A stretch of DNA of 64,000 nt, from assembly GCF_011386835.1 (NCBI RefSeq), contig NC_088803.1, positions 54,746,001 through 54,810,000 of the forward strand, read 5' to 3'. This document shows positions 22,801-34,949 of the stretch, in pieces (within the stretch, counting starts at the first letter, position 1; every line of letters starts with the position of its first letter). A program made the position numbers and the translations under genes. Source of the stretch: Chrysemys picta bellii. Taxonomy: Eukaryota. Below the pieces are notes generated by a model. That model saw only the letters and a list, made by a program, of their open reading frames with translations. It made no database searches and was not told where the DNA came from.

Positions 22801-23675
22801 CAGAGGATGTTGTGAAGGCCAAGACTGTAACAGGGTTCAAAAAAGAACTAGATAAATTCACGGATGGTAGGTCCATCAATGGCTATTAGCCAGGATGGGC
22901 AGGGATGGTGTTCCTAGCCTCTGTTTGCCAGAAGCTGGGAATGGGCAACAGGGGATGGATCACTTGGTGATTACCTGTTCTGTTCATTCCCTCTGGGGCA
23001 CCTGGCATTGGCCACTGTCAGAAGACAGCATGCTGGGCTAGATGGACCCTCGGTCCTACCCAGTAGGGCCGTTCTTATGGAGTGGGGTGAGCGTGTTGCT
23101 GTGTAAGAAACAGGAAGCCTACTCTGTCCTCACACTGACCCTCCCGTCTCCCAATCCTCAGAGCCGAACGTTGAGAGCCCCCTGAACACACATGCGGCCG
23201 AACTCTGGAAGAACCAAGCAGGTGAGTGTCTCCCGTTGGGGTCCGTTAGGCACCGTGGCTCTGGGTTACTCCTGGCTGAGCTGCCTACAGGCCCAGCGCA
23301 GGGTTACAGCTGCCCTCCAGTGCCTGGGCATGGAGAGGAGGACAGCTGCCTTCAGACCTGTTTGGGTAACAATCCCCGTCCCCAGGGACGGTACCTGATT
23401 GGGGGGCCTGGGACTTGGGCACTCACTCGGCCTGGCTTCGTTGCCGAGCTCTGGCCCAGTAGAGGAGGGTGTCTTCCTTCCTAGCCTGTCCCAGGGTGAC
23501 TTCCTCTCGCCAGCTGCAGGAGCTGGAATAGCCTGAGTGGAGAGAGCCCCGGGTGAACCCCCTGTGCTCCTCTGCGAAGTCTGCCCCTCTCCAACAGCTC
23601 TCCCCTCCCTCCCCAGCCTTCAAGAAATACCTGCAGGAAACGTACGCAAAGCAGGCCAAGAGCCAGGAGACCTGA
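19879..23675 (+). CDS. UBE2C: Ubiquitin-conjugating enzyme E2 C, 6 exons, 178 aa
   Basis: Exons 19879-19976, 20241-20268, 20420-20506, 20624-20828, 23162-23221, 23617-23675. MASQNADP...[10 protein letters not shown], catalytic [15 protein letters not shown], ends [24 protein letters not shown] at 23815-23820. Confidence 0.98.
21250..23079 (+). mobile_element. ~1.8-kb 5'-truncated CR1 LINE in UBE2C intron 4
   Basis: RT motifs ([18 protein letters not shown]; [20 protein letters not shown]; KFADDTKL) with frameshifts and stops; ends GTTCTTATG. Confidence 0.93.
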
Positions 23676-24492
23676 TGCCTGTCCAAGCCGCAGCTCTTTG
23701 TCTGTCTGTCCCTATCTGCTCTCTGGAACTGTCCTCTGACTGCTCTGTACAGGACTCTGTATCATACGCTGGTTTTAAATTAATTCTGCAGGTGGAACCC
23801 ACGGTTACTGTATAAATAAACTCTCGTTTTTTAACTTTGGTTTTGCACAGATCATGGTACTTGCATTGGGCTGGGTGGTGTCTTGGGCCGCGGTGACCCC
23901 TTCTGGCCGGGCTGCCATGCACAGCAAGAACCGAGCCCAGGGCACTTGGAGCCAAGAGGGCCTGGCCTTGCCTTGAGGCAGCTCTCGGCTGCTGATCTGC
24001 CACCGCCTGGGGCCAGTCACCCCAGCAGATGGGGATTCAAGCACAGATCTCTGTGACCTCCACGCACCTCCATCACCACCACCACTGTGGGTGTGGAAAT
24101 GGTTCCCTGGGGCAGGGGCACTTTGTAGGCTCTACAGGGAACGAACACAAGTGGGAGAACGACATTTATTAATCCCCCAGCAGTCTCCTCTGCCACGACT
24201 CCCTCCAGTGCCGGGGGGGTGGGGGCTCTTTGCCACCCTTCCCTTGGCCTGCAGTGCCCCCCCACCTTGCCACCGCTATCCCACATGCTCCCTGAGCTGA
24301 GTGCCCTGCTGGCAGGGGAGCCCTCAGCCAACCTGTTCCTACCCCAAGCCAGAGCACCTCTTCCTGCTTCTCCCAGCTGGGCGCCATGTGCTCAAAGAAA
24401 CTTGCCTTTCTGGGCTGCTGTGGCCAAGGGTCCCTGTTCTGGGTTTTCTCCTGGGGGGAGCAAAGTCCTGCCCCTTTGCAGGGGGGCGCTAG

Positions 24493-26009
24493 TCATGACA
24501 ATGTGCAGCAGAGTGCAGGCCAGCCCTGACGCTGCCCGCAGCACCCTGGGCCACCTGCCACCTCTGCAGCCTGTCTCTCGCTGCACGACCCCTCTGCCTC
24601 ACAGGCCAAGCTGCTGCCCGGCCCGGCCTCTTCTGTGGCCTCCACTGTCCAGACAGGGACATTGACTCTGGTCTCCATCTCCAGCAGCATGGTCCCCACA
24701 CGCTCAATCTGCTCCTCCAGGCTAGGGGCAGCACCCAGCTGCTCCGTGCTCCTGGCGCCCTTGCGGCTTGGCCTCCTCCACGGCTTGTGCCCTCCATCTG
24801 TGGCCTTCCCCGTGAGGCCAGTGCTCACCAGCGGCCCCCCCCGCCCCTGCAGGGGGAAGAGTTGGAGGAGATGATGGGCCCTGTGCAGGTCTTGGTGGAA
24901 GAGCTCCAGAGCGGACAGGGACAGCACCCACAGCCTCTCCAGCTCCTGCCGCTCCTCGGGGCTGGCCAGCGGCTGCCTCAGCCCGGCTAGGAGCACGTTC
25001 CGCAGCCCTGCAGGGAGACGTGCATCCAGTGTTACCAGCCCGGGGAGGGAAGCTAGCAGAGCACAGCACTGGGCGGGCTCGAGTGGAAGGTAATGGAACA
25101 GCTGCGCTAGCAATGAGCCAGCTGGGATGAAACAGCCTGGTGACGGAGGGCCAAACTGTGAGCCGCGCGCCAGCCGTGGGCTTGTCCAGCAGGCTTGCCC
25201 AAGACATCTGCCTGGTGTATTCTCACCCAGGGGTGGGGTCCCATGCACACCCTTGCAGGTGCAGAACTCTGCCCCCAGCGGCCAGGTCTAATGGGGCGAG
25301 GGGCAGTGGGAGGAGATTAAATATTAACTGTCCCAAGGGGTAGCAAGCAACCCCCTCCCCCCATGGCTCGCAGAGGGATGAGCCCTGGATCGATGCCCCA
25401 CCTGAGCTCAAGTAGCTCCCTTACCTGGCAATGCGAGCGGGCTGTTACTCGCCATGGGGACAAGGCACTGGCGAGGGCTGCCAGCATTCGCTCTCAGAAC
25501 TGCCCATTACTGCCGTGTGTCAGGCCTGGCTCTGGGCAGAAGACGCAGGACAGGAGGGAGGCGGACATGGGGAGCGGGCTCCCATTCGAATGCAGAGGAA
25601 AGCGGGAGCTGGCCGCGCGCGGGCAGGGTGGTCTGTGCGCTGTTAGACCAGCCCAGGCTGTGAGCGCTGTAGCCCCAAGCCTGGGGAAGAGCAGGTGCCC
25701 AGCGCACAGCCCCTGTGCAGTGAGCACCCAGGGGCTGGACTGAAGGGCATTGGCTGTGGGGCAGCCCCAGGCAGGGCAGCACAGCATCATCTCCCCCCCT
25801 CTCTAGCCCTGTTCCTGGCAATAACAGGCTGGGCTCAGTTCCTTACCCTTGCTGAGCTCGTGCACCTCCTTGCTCCGCTCCTGCAGCTCCTCCCGCAGCC
25901 GGGGTGAGTCAGCCGTGCCCCCCAGCTGCAGCGCCAGCTGTCTGTGCCACACAATGACTTTGCTCAGGGAGGTGTGGGCGGCTGCACACTCTCCTCTCAC
26001 CTCCCCCAT
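24493..26009 (-). CDS. RGS9-binding protein (R9AP)-family paralog, 2 coding exons, ~225 aa
   Basis: Exon 1 26009-25847 (MGEVRGECAAAHTSLSKVIVWHRQLALQLGGTADSPRLREELQERSKEVHELSK, donor GTAAGG). Exon 2 25007-24493 (acceptor CCTGCAG; ELERLWV, LFPLQ..PLVSTG, EMETRVNVPVWTVEA; ends LCCTLS*). These match R9AP motifs (VGGSADSQNLRQEL, EFERLWV, MEMKVNVPRWTVQA). The ATG at 26009 has strong Kozak context; weaker in-frame ATGs lie at 26036 and 26087. Minus-strand AATAAA at 24165-24170. Confidence 0.85.
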
Positions 26010-28258
26010 GTTGTGGGAGTCAGGCACATGGGACATCTGCCAGGGCAGGGACCCTGCTGCTGGGTGTTCCCTCTCCAGCGCCTGCATGCAGCCCAGGGCC
26101 TCAGCTGTGCGTGGCTTGCTCCAGTGCCTGCTGGTGGATGGGGAAGCGGCACCAGCCAGTGCGTTGGGGTGCACAGCAGGCTGGTGCTGGGGCCTGCTGT
26201 CGAGGTGGGGTCCTCCACACCTGGGTGTAGCCGGTGGGCTGTGCCACAAAGGGCTCTCACACCCACTTGGGGCCTCGTGCAGGCTGGGGCCTGCTGCTGT
26301 CCGTGATGCAGAACCCCTCTTATCAGCTCCAGCTGTTCTCCCAGAGGCAGGCACCAAGTGGGAAGGCGGCCTGGGCCGAAGCTGTCAGTGGAGTGACCTC
26401 CCCGGGGCAGCAGTCTGGAGGAGCCGGACTCTCCCACACGCCAGCACCGCCTCCCTGCTCCAGTCCTGTCACCGCAATGCTATGCAGTTCTCTTGGTGGG
26501 AACGGGCCTGAGCCGGCGCTGCCAGCCCTGCAAACTGGCTGTCGGAGCCCCTCGGCGTCCCGGTCCCGGGAGCGGCTCCCTCGCTCTCCTCTCCGCTGCT
26601 GGAGTCTCCGCTAGCCGGGCCGAGCCTGAGGCAGATTGTTAGGGGCGGGCTCTGGGGTCCCAGGGGAGCTGCGGCAGGTCTAGGCAGGCGCTGCCTCGCT
26701 ATTTTCCGTGGGTGGGTTTAACCCATGAGGCCCGGGGGGGAGTCCTGGCCTGTGGGGATCCCAAAGTTGCATCTTCCCCCTAGCTGGAAATGTGTCTCCG
26801 GGTGCCATGGCCTGTGGTTGTGGCTCCGGGCTCCCCGGTTGTGGGATCCCACCTGCTGACGGGTCCGGGGGGCAGATCTATGGGCAGCAGGGGGTGATGA
26901 CAGGCCCAGGGTCTGCCCCGGTCTGGCTGTCTCCCTCCCCACCTGAAATGATTACGGGGCTGTTTGAAAGTGATCCTCTAGCATGACCCCCCCGGGGGGG
27001 GGGGCAGTCCCCCGCTGGCGCTGCCTGGGCCACGGCCGTGGATGTGGCCCTGCATCCCAGGGGCTGGCCCAGGGCCCATTGGGGTGGGGCCGGCAGCCTG
27101 AGCTGTGATGGCTCTGGTGACTGGAGCAGAAGCGGTTCCTGGAAGGGAGAGCAGAGGGGGCCCTGACATGGGGTCACCATGCAGCCTCTCTGCTACGCCA
27201 GGCTGGTGATGGCTGCCAAGGTCCCTGGCTTGGAGGGGCTCAGTGTGACTCAGCCTCCCCAGAATAAGAGCACCCCCATATTCCCAGCCCCTGTGGCCTG
27301 TGGGCCAGCCCTGCCCTGAGGTAAAGGGATTCCTCAGTGGTGCCCTGGTCCCGGTCCCAGGCCCTGCCCCTCCAGCTGACCCTGCAACCCCACAAGGGAG
27401 GGCCTGGGTTGCTGCTTGGTTCCTGCACCACAGCCCCTGTGAGGTGCAGAGAGCTGCCAGCCAGCCAGCGAGCTCCTCCCCTGCGGAAAATCTGAGCTCA
27501 CTGCTGGCCTGGTCCCCAGAGGCCATGTGGGAAAGGCAGCCCAGAGCCCAGAGTGCAGCCCCCTGGCCCCACCCAGTCGGCATCAGCCCAGCTGAGACCC
27601 ATGCCTGCCTGGCACTATCCCAGGCTGTGAGCATGGGGGCAGGAGCTGCTCAGCCGTAGATGGCCCTGCTTGCTGAGTGGGGCACCAGGGGCTGCTCTGA
27701 GCAGTTACCAAGTGCTGTGAGCAGGGCTGGACCGGCCACATGTGGTCATACCCACCCCAGGCCCTGGCAACACTCCCCCCCTTCCCTGCCCCAACTCCAG
27801 TGACATGCGCCGAGGCCCGGGCACCTCCTTCAGTGTCATGCCCCTGGGAGGACCTCACATCCCCCCACCCGCTTCCTGCAGACTCCTCCCTGGTTGCCTG
27901 TGCTAGGGTCTCTGGCCAGAGGGTCCCCCACCCGCCCCACTCCCCATATCAGAGCCAGCTAGAATCCAGGCTCCGGCAGGTTCAAACTTTTGACCCTTTT
28001 AATGAGGCTTCAATACTATACACAGCGTTTACAGACGGGGGAAAGGCTCTTTCCAGCCGTGTGAGAGGTGAGTCCACAGCCCACCAGCCCCGGGGCGCGG
28101 CAACAAGGGAGCAGTGGAACTGTACAAAGCGAGCACTTCACGGGGCAGGGGAGGCCAGGCCCTCTGGCTGGAGGCTGCTCCCAGAGTGCGCTTGGCTTTG
28201 CTGTGCGGAGATGGAGCAGGGCTGGAAGCAGGGCCTGGCTCGCAGGAATGTCGGTCCT

Positions 28259-31200
28259 TTACTGCACACCTTCCATCATCTTCAGGAACTCTGCAGGCAC
28301 AAGCAGCCAGACACCTGGTCAGTGCTGGGGGGCTGGGAGCTCAGGGGCGGGGTTGGGAATGGGGATGGGGATGGGGAGGGTGCACCACACCCGTCATGCA
28401 GCACAACTCTCACAGACACCCCCAGGCGCTGGGCTATCAGGGTTCCCTGGCCCCGGCACTCTGTACCAGGCATCCCTCAGCTCAGTGGAGAGGTTGGGAA
28501 GGTGGAGCTCTTGGGGCTTAGGAGAGCTCTGAGCACAGATCCTGCTGGGCTCAATGTGGAGTGGGGAGGGGAGGAGGCCGGCTAAGGGTGGGGGAGTGAG
28601 AGCTCCCCTGGGCAGCCCCACAAAGCCTGGGTGAGGGAGCCCTGGGCCTCACCATCAAAATCGATGCGTCCGTCATTGTTTTTGTCCCCGTCTTTCATGA
28701 GCTCCTCGATCTCCTCCTCAGTCACGCTCTCCCCAGAGGCTCGGAAAATCTCGGTCAGCTCCTCGGCGTCGATGTACCCATCCGCGTTCCTGTGGGGACA
28801 GGGCATGCGGCTCTGAGTGGGGCTGGCCGGGCGGGCGGAGAGCAGGGGCAGCAGGGGACTCTGGGCCCCCAGCCTGGCCCCTGCTCTAGCAGCCGACCCA
28901 GTTGGTGCAGCTGTTCGGGAGCCAACCCAGGAGCCTGGATGACTCAGGCTCAGAGGGAACTTGGGGAGAGACGGGCGTCCCCTGAGCTGAGAGGGAGGCA
29001 GCAACGTTACTCTGGGGACAGAGGTCTGTGGCCACGGGTGAGGCGGCCTGGTCAATGGCCACTGGGCCAAGGACCTTCCTGCAGCCCGGGGGGGCAGCGG
29101 GACTCAGAACCCCCCACGCTGAGCTGGGCTCCCCCGAGCCAGGCCGGCGGAGCTGAGCCCATGCCACGCTGACTCACTTGTCGAAGATGCGGAAGCACTC
29201 TGCCAGCTCCTCCTCCGACTTGCCCTTGGCATCCTCCTTCATCTGCCGCACCATCATGACCAGGAACTCTTCGAAGTCGATGGTGCCGCTGCCTGCGGGA
29301 AGAAGCCGCCCCGAGGTCAGGAACCGCCAGCCCCTGCCCCCTCCCCAGGGATTGTTCCAAGAGGAAGACGCTGCTCACCATCTTCATCCACCTCCTCGAT
29401 GATGGCGTCCAGCTCCTCCTTGGTGGGAGTCTGCCCCAGCATGCGCATGACGGTGCCCAGCTCCTTGGTGCTGATGTCCCCGCCGCCGTCCGCGTCGAAC
29501 ATGTCGAAGGCGGCCTTGAACTCTGCAGGACAGGGCCGAGTTAGCAGGGAGCTGAGAACGCTCCTCAGCTCTGCCCAGCGCCCATCGGCATGGCCAGCGC
29601 TGCTTGGCTCTGAGCCCCGGCATCCCCCAGGTACCGAGGGGTGGGCACAGCCGTGCAGACAGCCCAGTGCCCTCCCAGGCTTGGGAGTAGGATGTGCTGG
29701 TCGGGTCTATCGCCCTCTTCCCTTCCCAGGAGAGAGCAGGTCCTGGGGGAGTCCTGGGGGCAGGTCCCCCTTCAGAGTCACCTTGGGCCAGCAGCTCCTG
29801 TCCTTTCCCCTCTCTGCGGGGAGCTCTGACAGCCCCTCCTGCCCTGTGCCCAGAGGGGCTCGGTTACACTCACCCGCAATCATTTCCTCGCTGAGGAAGG
29901 ACCGCGCTTCCGCCTGCTGGTCCGTCGTCTGCAAGGCAAACAAAACAGCTGCTCACCCAGAGCTCCAGCCCGGGCCCTGCCGTCTCTTCTCGCAGCAGGC
30001 GGGGAGCGGCCAGCTCTGTCCCCTCTCTGCAGCAGGGTGTAGGTGAGGCGGGTCCCTGAGCCACCCAGACCCCAAGGCTGAGCACTGCCACCCCACCCCC
30101 AGCACAGCCCAGCACCTGAGCTCAGAGCCATGCAATTCTGGGCTCAGTCGCACGTCCCAGAGCCCTGCCCCCTGGGCCACTGCCCACCATGGCCCCTGGC
30201 CACTGCCCACCATGGCCCTGGGTGCAGGGCGTGCAGGGAAAGGCAGGCGTGGGCGAGTTACATATGTGATTTACACAGATTATCAGCACTTCACAAGCAC
30301 TGTCGGCTGTGCACCGTCCTGGGAGGTCCCCAGCCAGACCTGCCAAGCGTCTTGTGAGCTCTGTGGCTGGCTCCGAGATCCTGCAGGCCACGGGGAGGCG
30401 CCTGTGTGAACAGACCACTCATGGCCAGTTGCTGCTGCTGGAACCCGGGTCCCTCCCTGCCATGACCTGCCCTCAGACTCAGCTCCCCCACTTCCCACAA
30501 TCCTCTGCCCTGCTGGTGCACATGGTCATCCCCCCCCGGACGCCTCTCCCTCTCTGGGTCATTGGGATTGCGGGGCGCAGCCTTGAGGCTGGGCGTTAGC
30601 CTGAGCGGCCGGCTCCCAGCTCTGCTGGGTGCCCGGTCACTAGCCCAGGCCAGACTGCTCCATCGACACCTGCAGCAGGACCTGCGTGCTGGGCGTTCCC
30701 AGCCCCGGACGTGCGCGGCTATTCTTAGCAGAGACTCGGCTCCCTTGTAGGGGAGCAGCGGGACGCCAGGCCCACGCACCTGTTGGAATCGGATTGAGTT
30801 ACTCCTTGAGGGCCAGGCCCACGCAGCTGGCGGGAGCTTGCGGGCCTGCAGACGGGTGTCTTATGACCCAGAGCTCAGCTTACTGGCCAGCCTGTGCTCA
30901 ATGCTGCTCCTGAATCCCAGCCAGAGCTCCGCTTCCTTGGAGTCGAGACGCAGCCTCCTGCCCCCCAGTGCAGCACTGCCCCACCCCAGCGGATGCCAGG
31001 ACACCAGGGTCCCTGTGCAGGACAGGGGCTGCCTCAGGGCTTCCTCTCCCAGCTGAGTGAGATGGGAGCAGCCCCTGCCCATTCCTCACCCAGCCCTCCT
31101 GGCCCCTTAGTACCTGTGCCCTGTTCTACACCCCTGGGTCGGCGCCATTCGGGGGCTGGGGGTGGGGGGTACAGTATGGGACAAATCTGCAAATCGCAAC

Positions 31201-31664
31201 ATCATCATCTTGTTTTCCTAAATGCCCCAACACCCCCCCACCACACCCCTCGCAGGGACCTTGGCCCTGCAGCCCCGATCCTCCTTCATCTCACACAACC
31301 AGCCCAACCGACTTCACCCCGCTAACGCTCTGATCAGGAGCCGCCCTGCGCTCGGCGCTGTCGCCCGCGTGCACGTTCCCATGGGCAGTGGCTCCTCCTG
31401 AAGCATAACCTCTGCCCTGCAGGACCTGACCGTCCCAGGGCTCCTGTACCAGCCTCTCCAATGGGCCTGAGCTGGTCATCTCCCACCGGGGGAACGCGCC
31501 TGCACCACGCACACGTGCCCCCCAGTCCAGCCGGCTCCTGCTCCCCGACGTCAGACTCTGCAAGCACAAGCCCTTGGCCACTGCTGTAGCGGGGGCCTCC
31601 GGCCGGCCCTGGCCCCAGGCCGCTCCATCTGCTGCCAGGCCGTTCTCGCACAGGCTCTTACCAT
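28259..31664 (-). CDS. TNNC2: Troponin C, fast skeletal muscle, 6 exons, 161 aa
   Basis: Exons 31664-31662 (GCCAAC ATG|GTAAG), 29928-29874, 29522-29379, 29292-29178, 28789-28653, 28290-28259. Four EF-hands ([36 protein letters not shown]); ends [16 protein letters not shown] at 27998-28003 (-). Confidence 0.97.
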
Positions 31665-32604
31665 GTTGGCTGGTCACCCCGCAGTGCCCACAGACCAGAG
31701 TCACCGTGACCTGCAACACACAGACCCCAGGAGCTTCCCCTCAGCCCCTGGCCCCCCTATTTGTACTGTCCTCGACCAGCACGCTGCAGCCAAGCACCAC
31801 GCCATTGGGTGTCACCAGGTGCCGCTCTCGCAACAGCCTATCAGCTGCCTCCCGTTAGCCCTCGCCCCCTGATTGGTGGCAGGGCCATTTTACCTAATTT
31901 AGCAAAAGCTTTATTGGCCGAGCCGTGGGGATTACGAGCAGGTCAGGGAGTCGCGCGAGGAATTCGACCCCTCCAGGGAGCAGGACACTGGAGACACGGC
32001 TCCTCCCTCCCGCATCGGCTGAGCACCTGCCGGGGGCTGGCCCAGGAGGGAGAGGGCTCCAGCTAGAGCCAGCTGGCGTCTGGGGGCCGGGGCCGGCCGG
32101 CCAAGGAAGAGCCCACGGCCCCCGAGAAAGGGGGGCGAGGGGGGGACTGACCTATTGCCTTCAGCACGGCAAGGAGGGTGATTCCATCTGGCCCCCAGGC
32201 TGGGGCTGGGCTGGGGAGGACAGAGGGGTGGGGCAGGGGAAGGCGAGGTAGAGTGGGGGAAGGAGGATGGACAGTGTAGTCCCAGGCCGAGAACGGCTCC
32301 TGCTTTTGTGCTATAAGCTGAGGAACCTCTGTGAGCTCCAGGCCCCCGAGTGGCAGAAGCAGCCGTTCCGCACCAGGGCAAATCACGCCACACCATGCCA
32401 CATGCTCTGCCCCTGCCCCTGCCCCTGCCCAGCCTTCAGCCCGCCTCCTTTCCCAGGTGCCACTGTCCCATGGCTGGCTCATCTCCAGCCCAGTTGGGAC
32501 ATGCGGCTCGGCGTGTTTATCTCTCTTTCCAGATGATCTGGGGTCCCTGCCAGCCAATGTCTACAGCTATTTGGGGGGCTGAGTTTATTCCTTGTTTCTA
32601 GCTC

Positions 32605-32866
32605 CAGGGGCGGCTCTAGCTTTTTTGCCATCCCAAGCACGGCAGGCAGGCTGCCTTCGGCGGTGCGCCTGCGGGAGGTCCCCGGTCCTACGGATTCGGT
32701 GTACCCGCTGCCGAATTGCCGCCGAATCCACGGGACTGGCGGACCTCCTGCAGGCATGCCGCCGAAGGCTGCCTGACTGCTGCCCTTGGAGGGCCCGGCA
32801 GGGCACCCCCCGCGGCTTGCCACCCCAGGCACGCACTTGGAGCACTGGTGCCTGGAGCCGCCGCTG
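32605..32866. mobile_element. Palindromic hAT MITE
   Basis: TIRs CAGGGGCGGCTCTAG / CTGGAGCCGCCGCTG; TSD TCTAGCTC / TCTAGCCC; long internal inverted repeat. Confidence 0.85.
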
Positions 32867-34949
32867 TCTAGCCCCCTCACCCCCCAGTTCTCAGATGTCC
32901 CTGCATTGTCCTGTCTTTCCCCAGCTCCAGCACTTCCTCAGCCCCATGGCTCCCTTTCCTGCATTCCTGTAACTGGCCCCTCAGGCTGGGGCCAGAGCCC
33001 ATCCTGACTGTCCGCCAAACATCTCACCCCAAGAAGCCTCCAGCCGGAGAGCACCAGGAGTAGCAGGGACTACCTGGCCCTGCGCCCGGGGAGTGGAACG
33101 CCCTGCACTGAGAAGACTGGCATGGAGAAAGAGGGGGTGGGACCAGCGCGACTCCAAGAGGCCCCAGCATGGTGGCCGAAGGGCCGGGCATGACACCTGC
33201 CTAGCACTGGATTCTGCCGGAGCACTAGCTGTGCCTGGAGGCACTGTCACAGCACCATGGATGGCAAGTGCCAGCAAAGTGCCCAGGGCTCAGTCCAAGG
33301 AGGGGAGGAGGGTGACATGGGACTACCAGATCCTAGGTTTGCTTCTGGCCTTGCCAAGCCCATCCACTCCACAGCTGAGCCTCGGAGCTGGGCACGGCCC
33401 TGGGGAGACGAGCCAGGCCTGGATTTTCTCATCCACGCAGGGAGCTGCATTCACAACATCTTCCCCATCCTTTCTCCATGAGGGGGCAGAGGCACAGGCC
33501 AGAGGGGAGGGCAGGACATGTCTCCCCATGTGCAGGTTTGCTGGGGGAGGGGAGCCGCTGGAGACAGGCTGGGAGCCCCGGCTAGATAGCCCTGTCCTGC
33601 ATGGAGGCTCAGATTCCTGGCACCCTCTGGAGGTCTCCTGTCATCTCTCCTGTTTACATGGGGATCCTGTTCCCCACCCATCTGGGATCTAGGGAAGGGT
33701 GCTGTCCTTGGGAACACAGCAATAGCAAAAGAAGGGGAACCCCAGTCCCACTCCAGCCCTGGGGGCCCATGGGATTGCCCTAGCCAGGCCATTCCAGACC
33801 CTGGAGTGGATGCCATGTTTACAGCCACGACTGAGAGTGGAGTGGGCAGAAAGGGTCCGTGTGCTGGCTGAGGGGAACATCCAGGGGCATTGCAAGGCTG
33901 GGAACCGGCACAGTCAGTGTCCAGGTGTGTGACGCTTTGGGCATCAACAAGTATGTTACTCTGGAAGCAGGGTCGTCATCAGCGAGAGTCCATCCCCCTT
34001 CCCTCTGTTCCCGCTCCCCATTCCCCCTTTGCATGCACAAAGCCCCGTGGTTCCTGGGGGAGGGCACAGAGCTTCCCCCTGATGTAAATCAACCTGCGTC
34101 TGACATGGAACCTGGGCTTGATCCCTGCCGGGTTAGTGTAGCCGGGGCCAGTTTGCGCTGTCTCATTGCCTAGGGCCCCGCCCTGCTAAGGGCAGAGAAG
34201 GGCACGGCCTCCTTGTGGGAGGGAAAAGTGGCTCCACGACCTCTCAAACCAGCAGTGGTTCTCAGGCTTTAGGGTAGATGCTGCCTCAGGGCTGAGCCGC
34301 TGAAGCCAGAGCCCATAGCCCGAGGAGGCAGGAGTGGGGACAGAGCCCGGGGGCGCACTGGGCCCAGCTCCGACTGATGGGAGCAGCTGGTCTGGGCTCC
34401 CTCGGATATTAATAGACATTCCTAAGAAAAGCTGCGAGGAGGGAGCGGGCGCCTCTCTCTAAATAAGGAAGGGAAGCAGCCGGGCCCCGGCGGGAGCTGG
34501 GAAGGATGCCCAGGCTGTGGGAGACGCAGAGCCCTGGGGAGCCAGCAGCTTCTCACCCATGCCAGGGACAGGACCCAGGGGGCTCCTGAAGGCCTGTGAG
34601 CCCCAGGAATGGGGGGGTGAGTGTGGCCCCAGGACAGTATGTCTGCCTGACCCCTAGGCACTTGCCCTCACACTGCCAGCTGCTCATGCCAAGTACTGAA
34701 ACATTCATGTCCCTGTGGGGAGAGTGGGGGGGGGGTGTCCCAGGGCTGAGACCCCGGTGTGTGGAGCTCCCTGAGATAAACCCACCCTGGGGGGCTACAG
34801 ACCAGCTGGGCTGGTTCTGATTTGGTGCTGTGCGCTCAGGGATACTTTGATCCGGGTTAGGAGTATGTGTAGAGAGCCCCTGGGGCTGGATCCAGATCTT
34901 GGGCATGGAGCATTGAATCCACACACTGGGTTCGATCTGGATTGACTCT

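Noticed and set aside
25314-25319. AGATTA (CRX/OTX2-like site) in the R9AP-like intron as evidence of retinal expression
   Set aside because: A single hexamer is expected by chance.
26010-26357. Long N-terminal extension of the R9AP-like protein as shown in the ORF track
   Set aside because: It starts at a TTG, and family similarity begins only near the ATG at 26009.
26640-28250. Many 60-280 aa ORFs between the R9AP-like gene and TNNC2
   Set aside because: They overlap in all frames, are GC-driven, and show no splice-consistent structure or homology.
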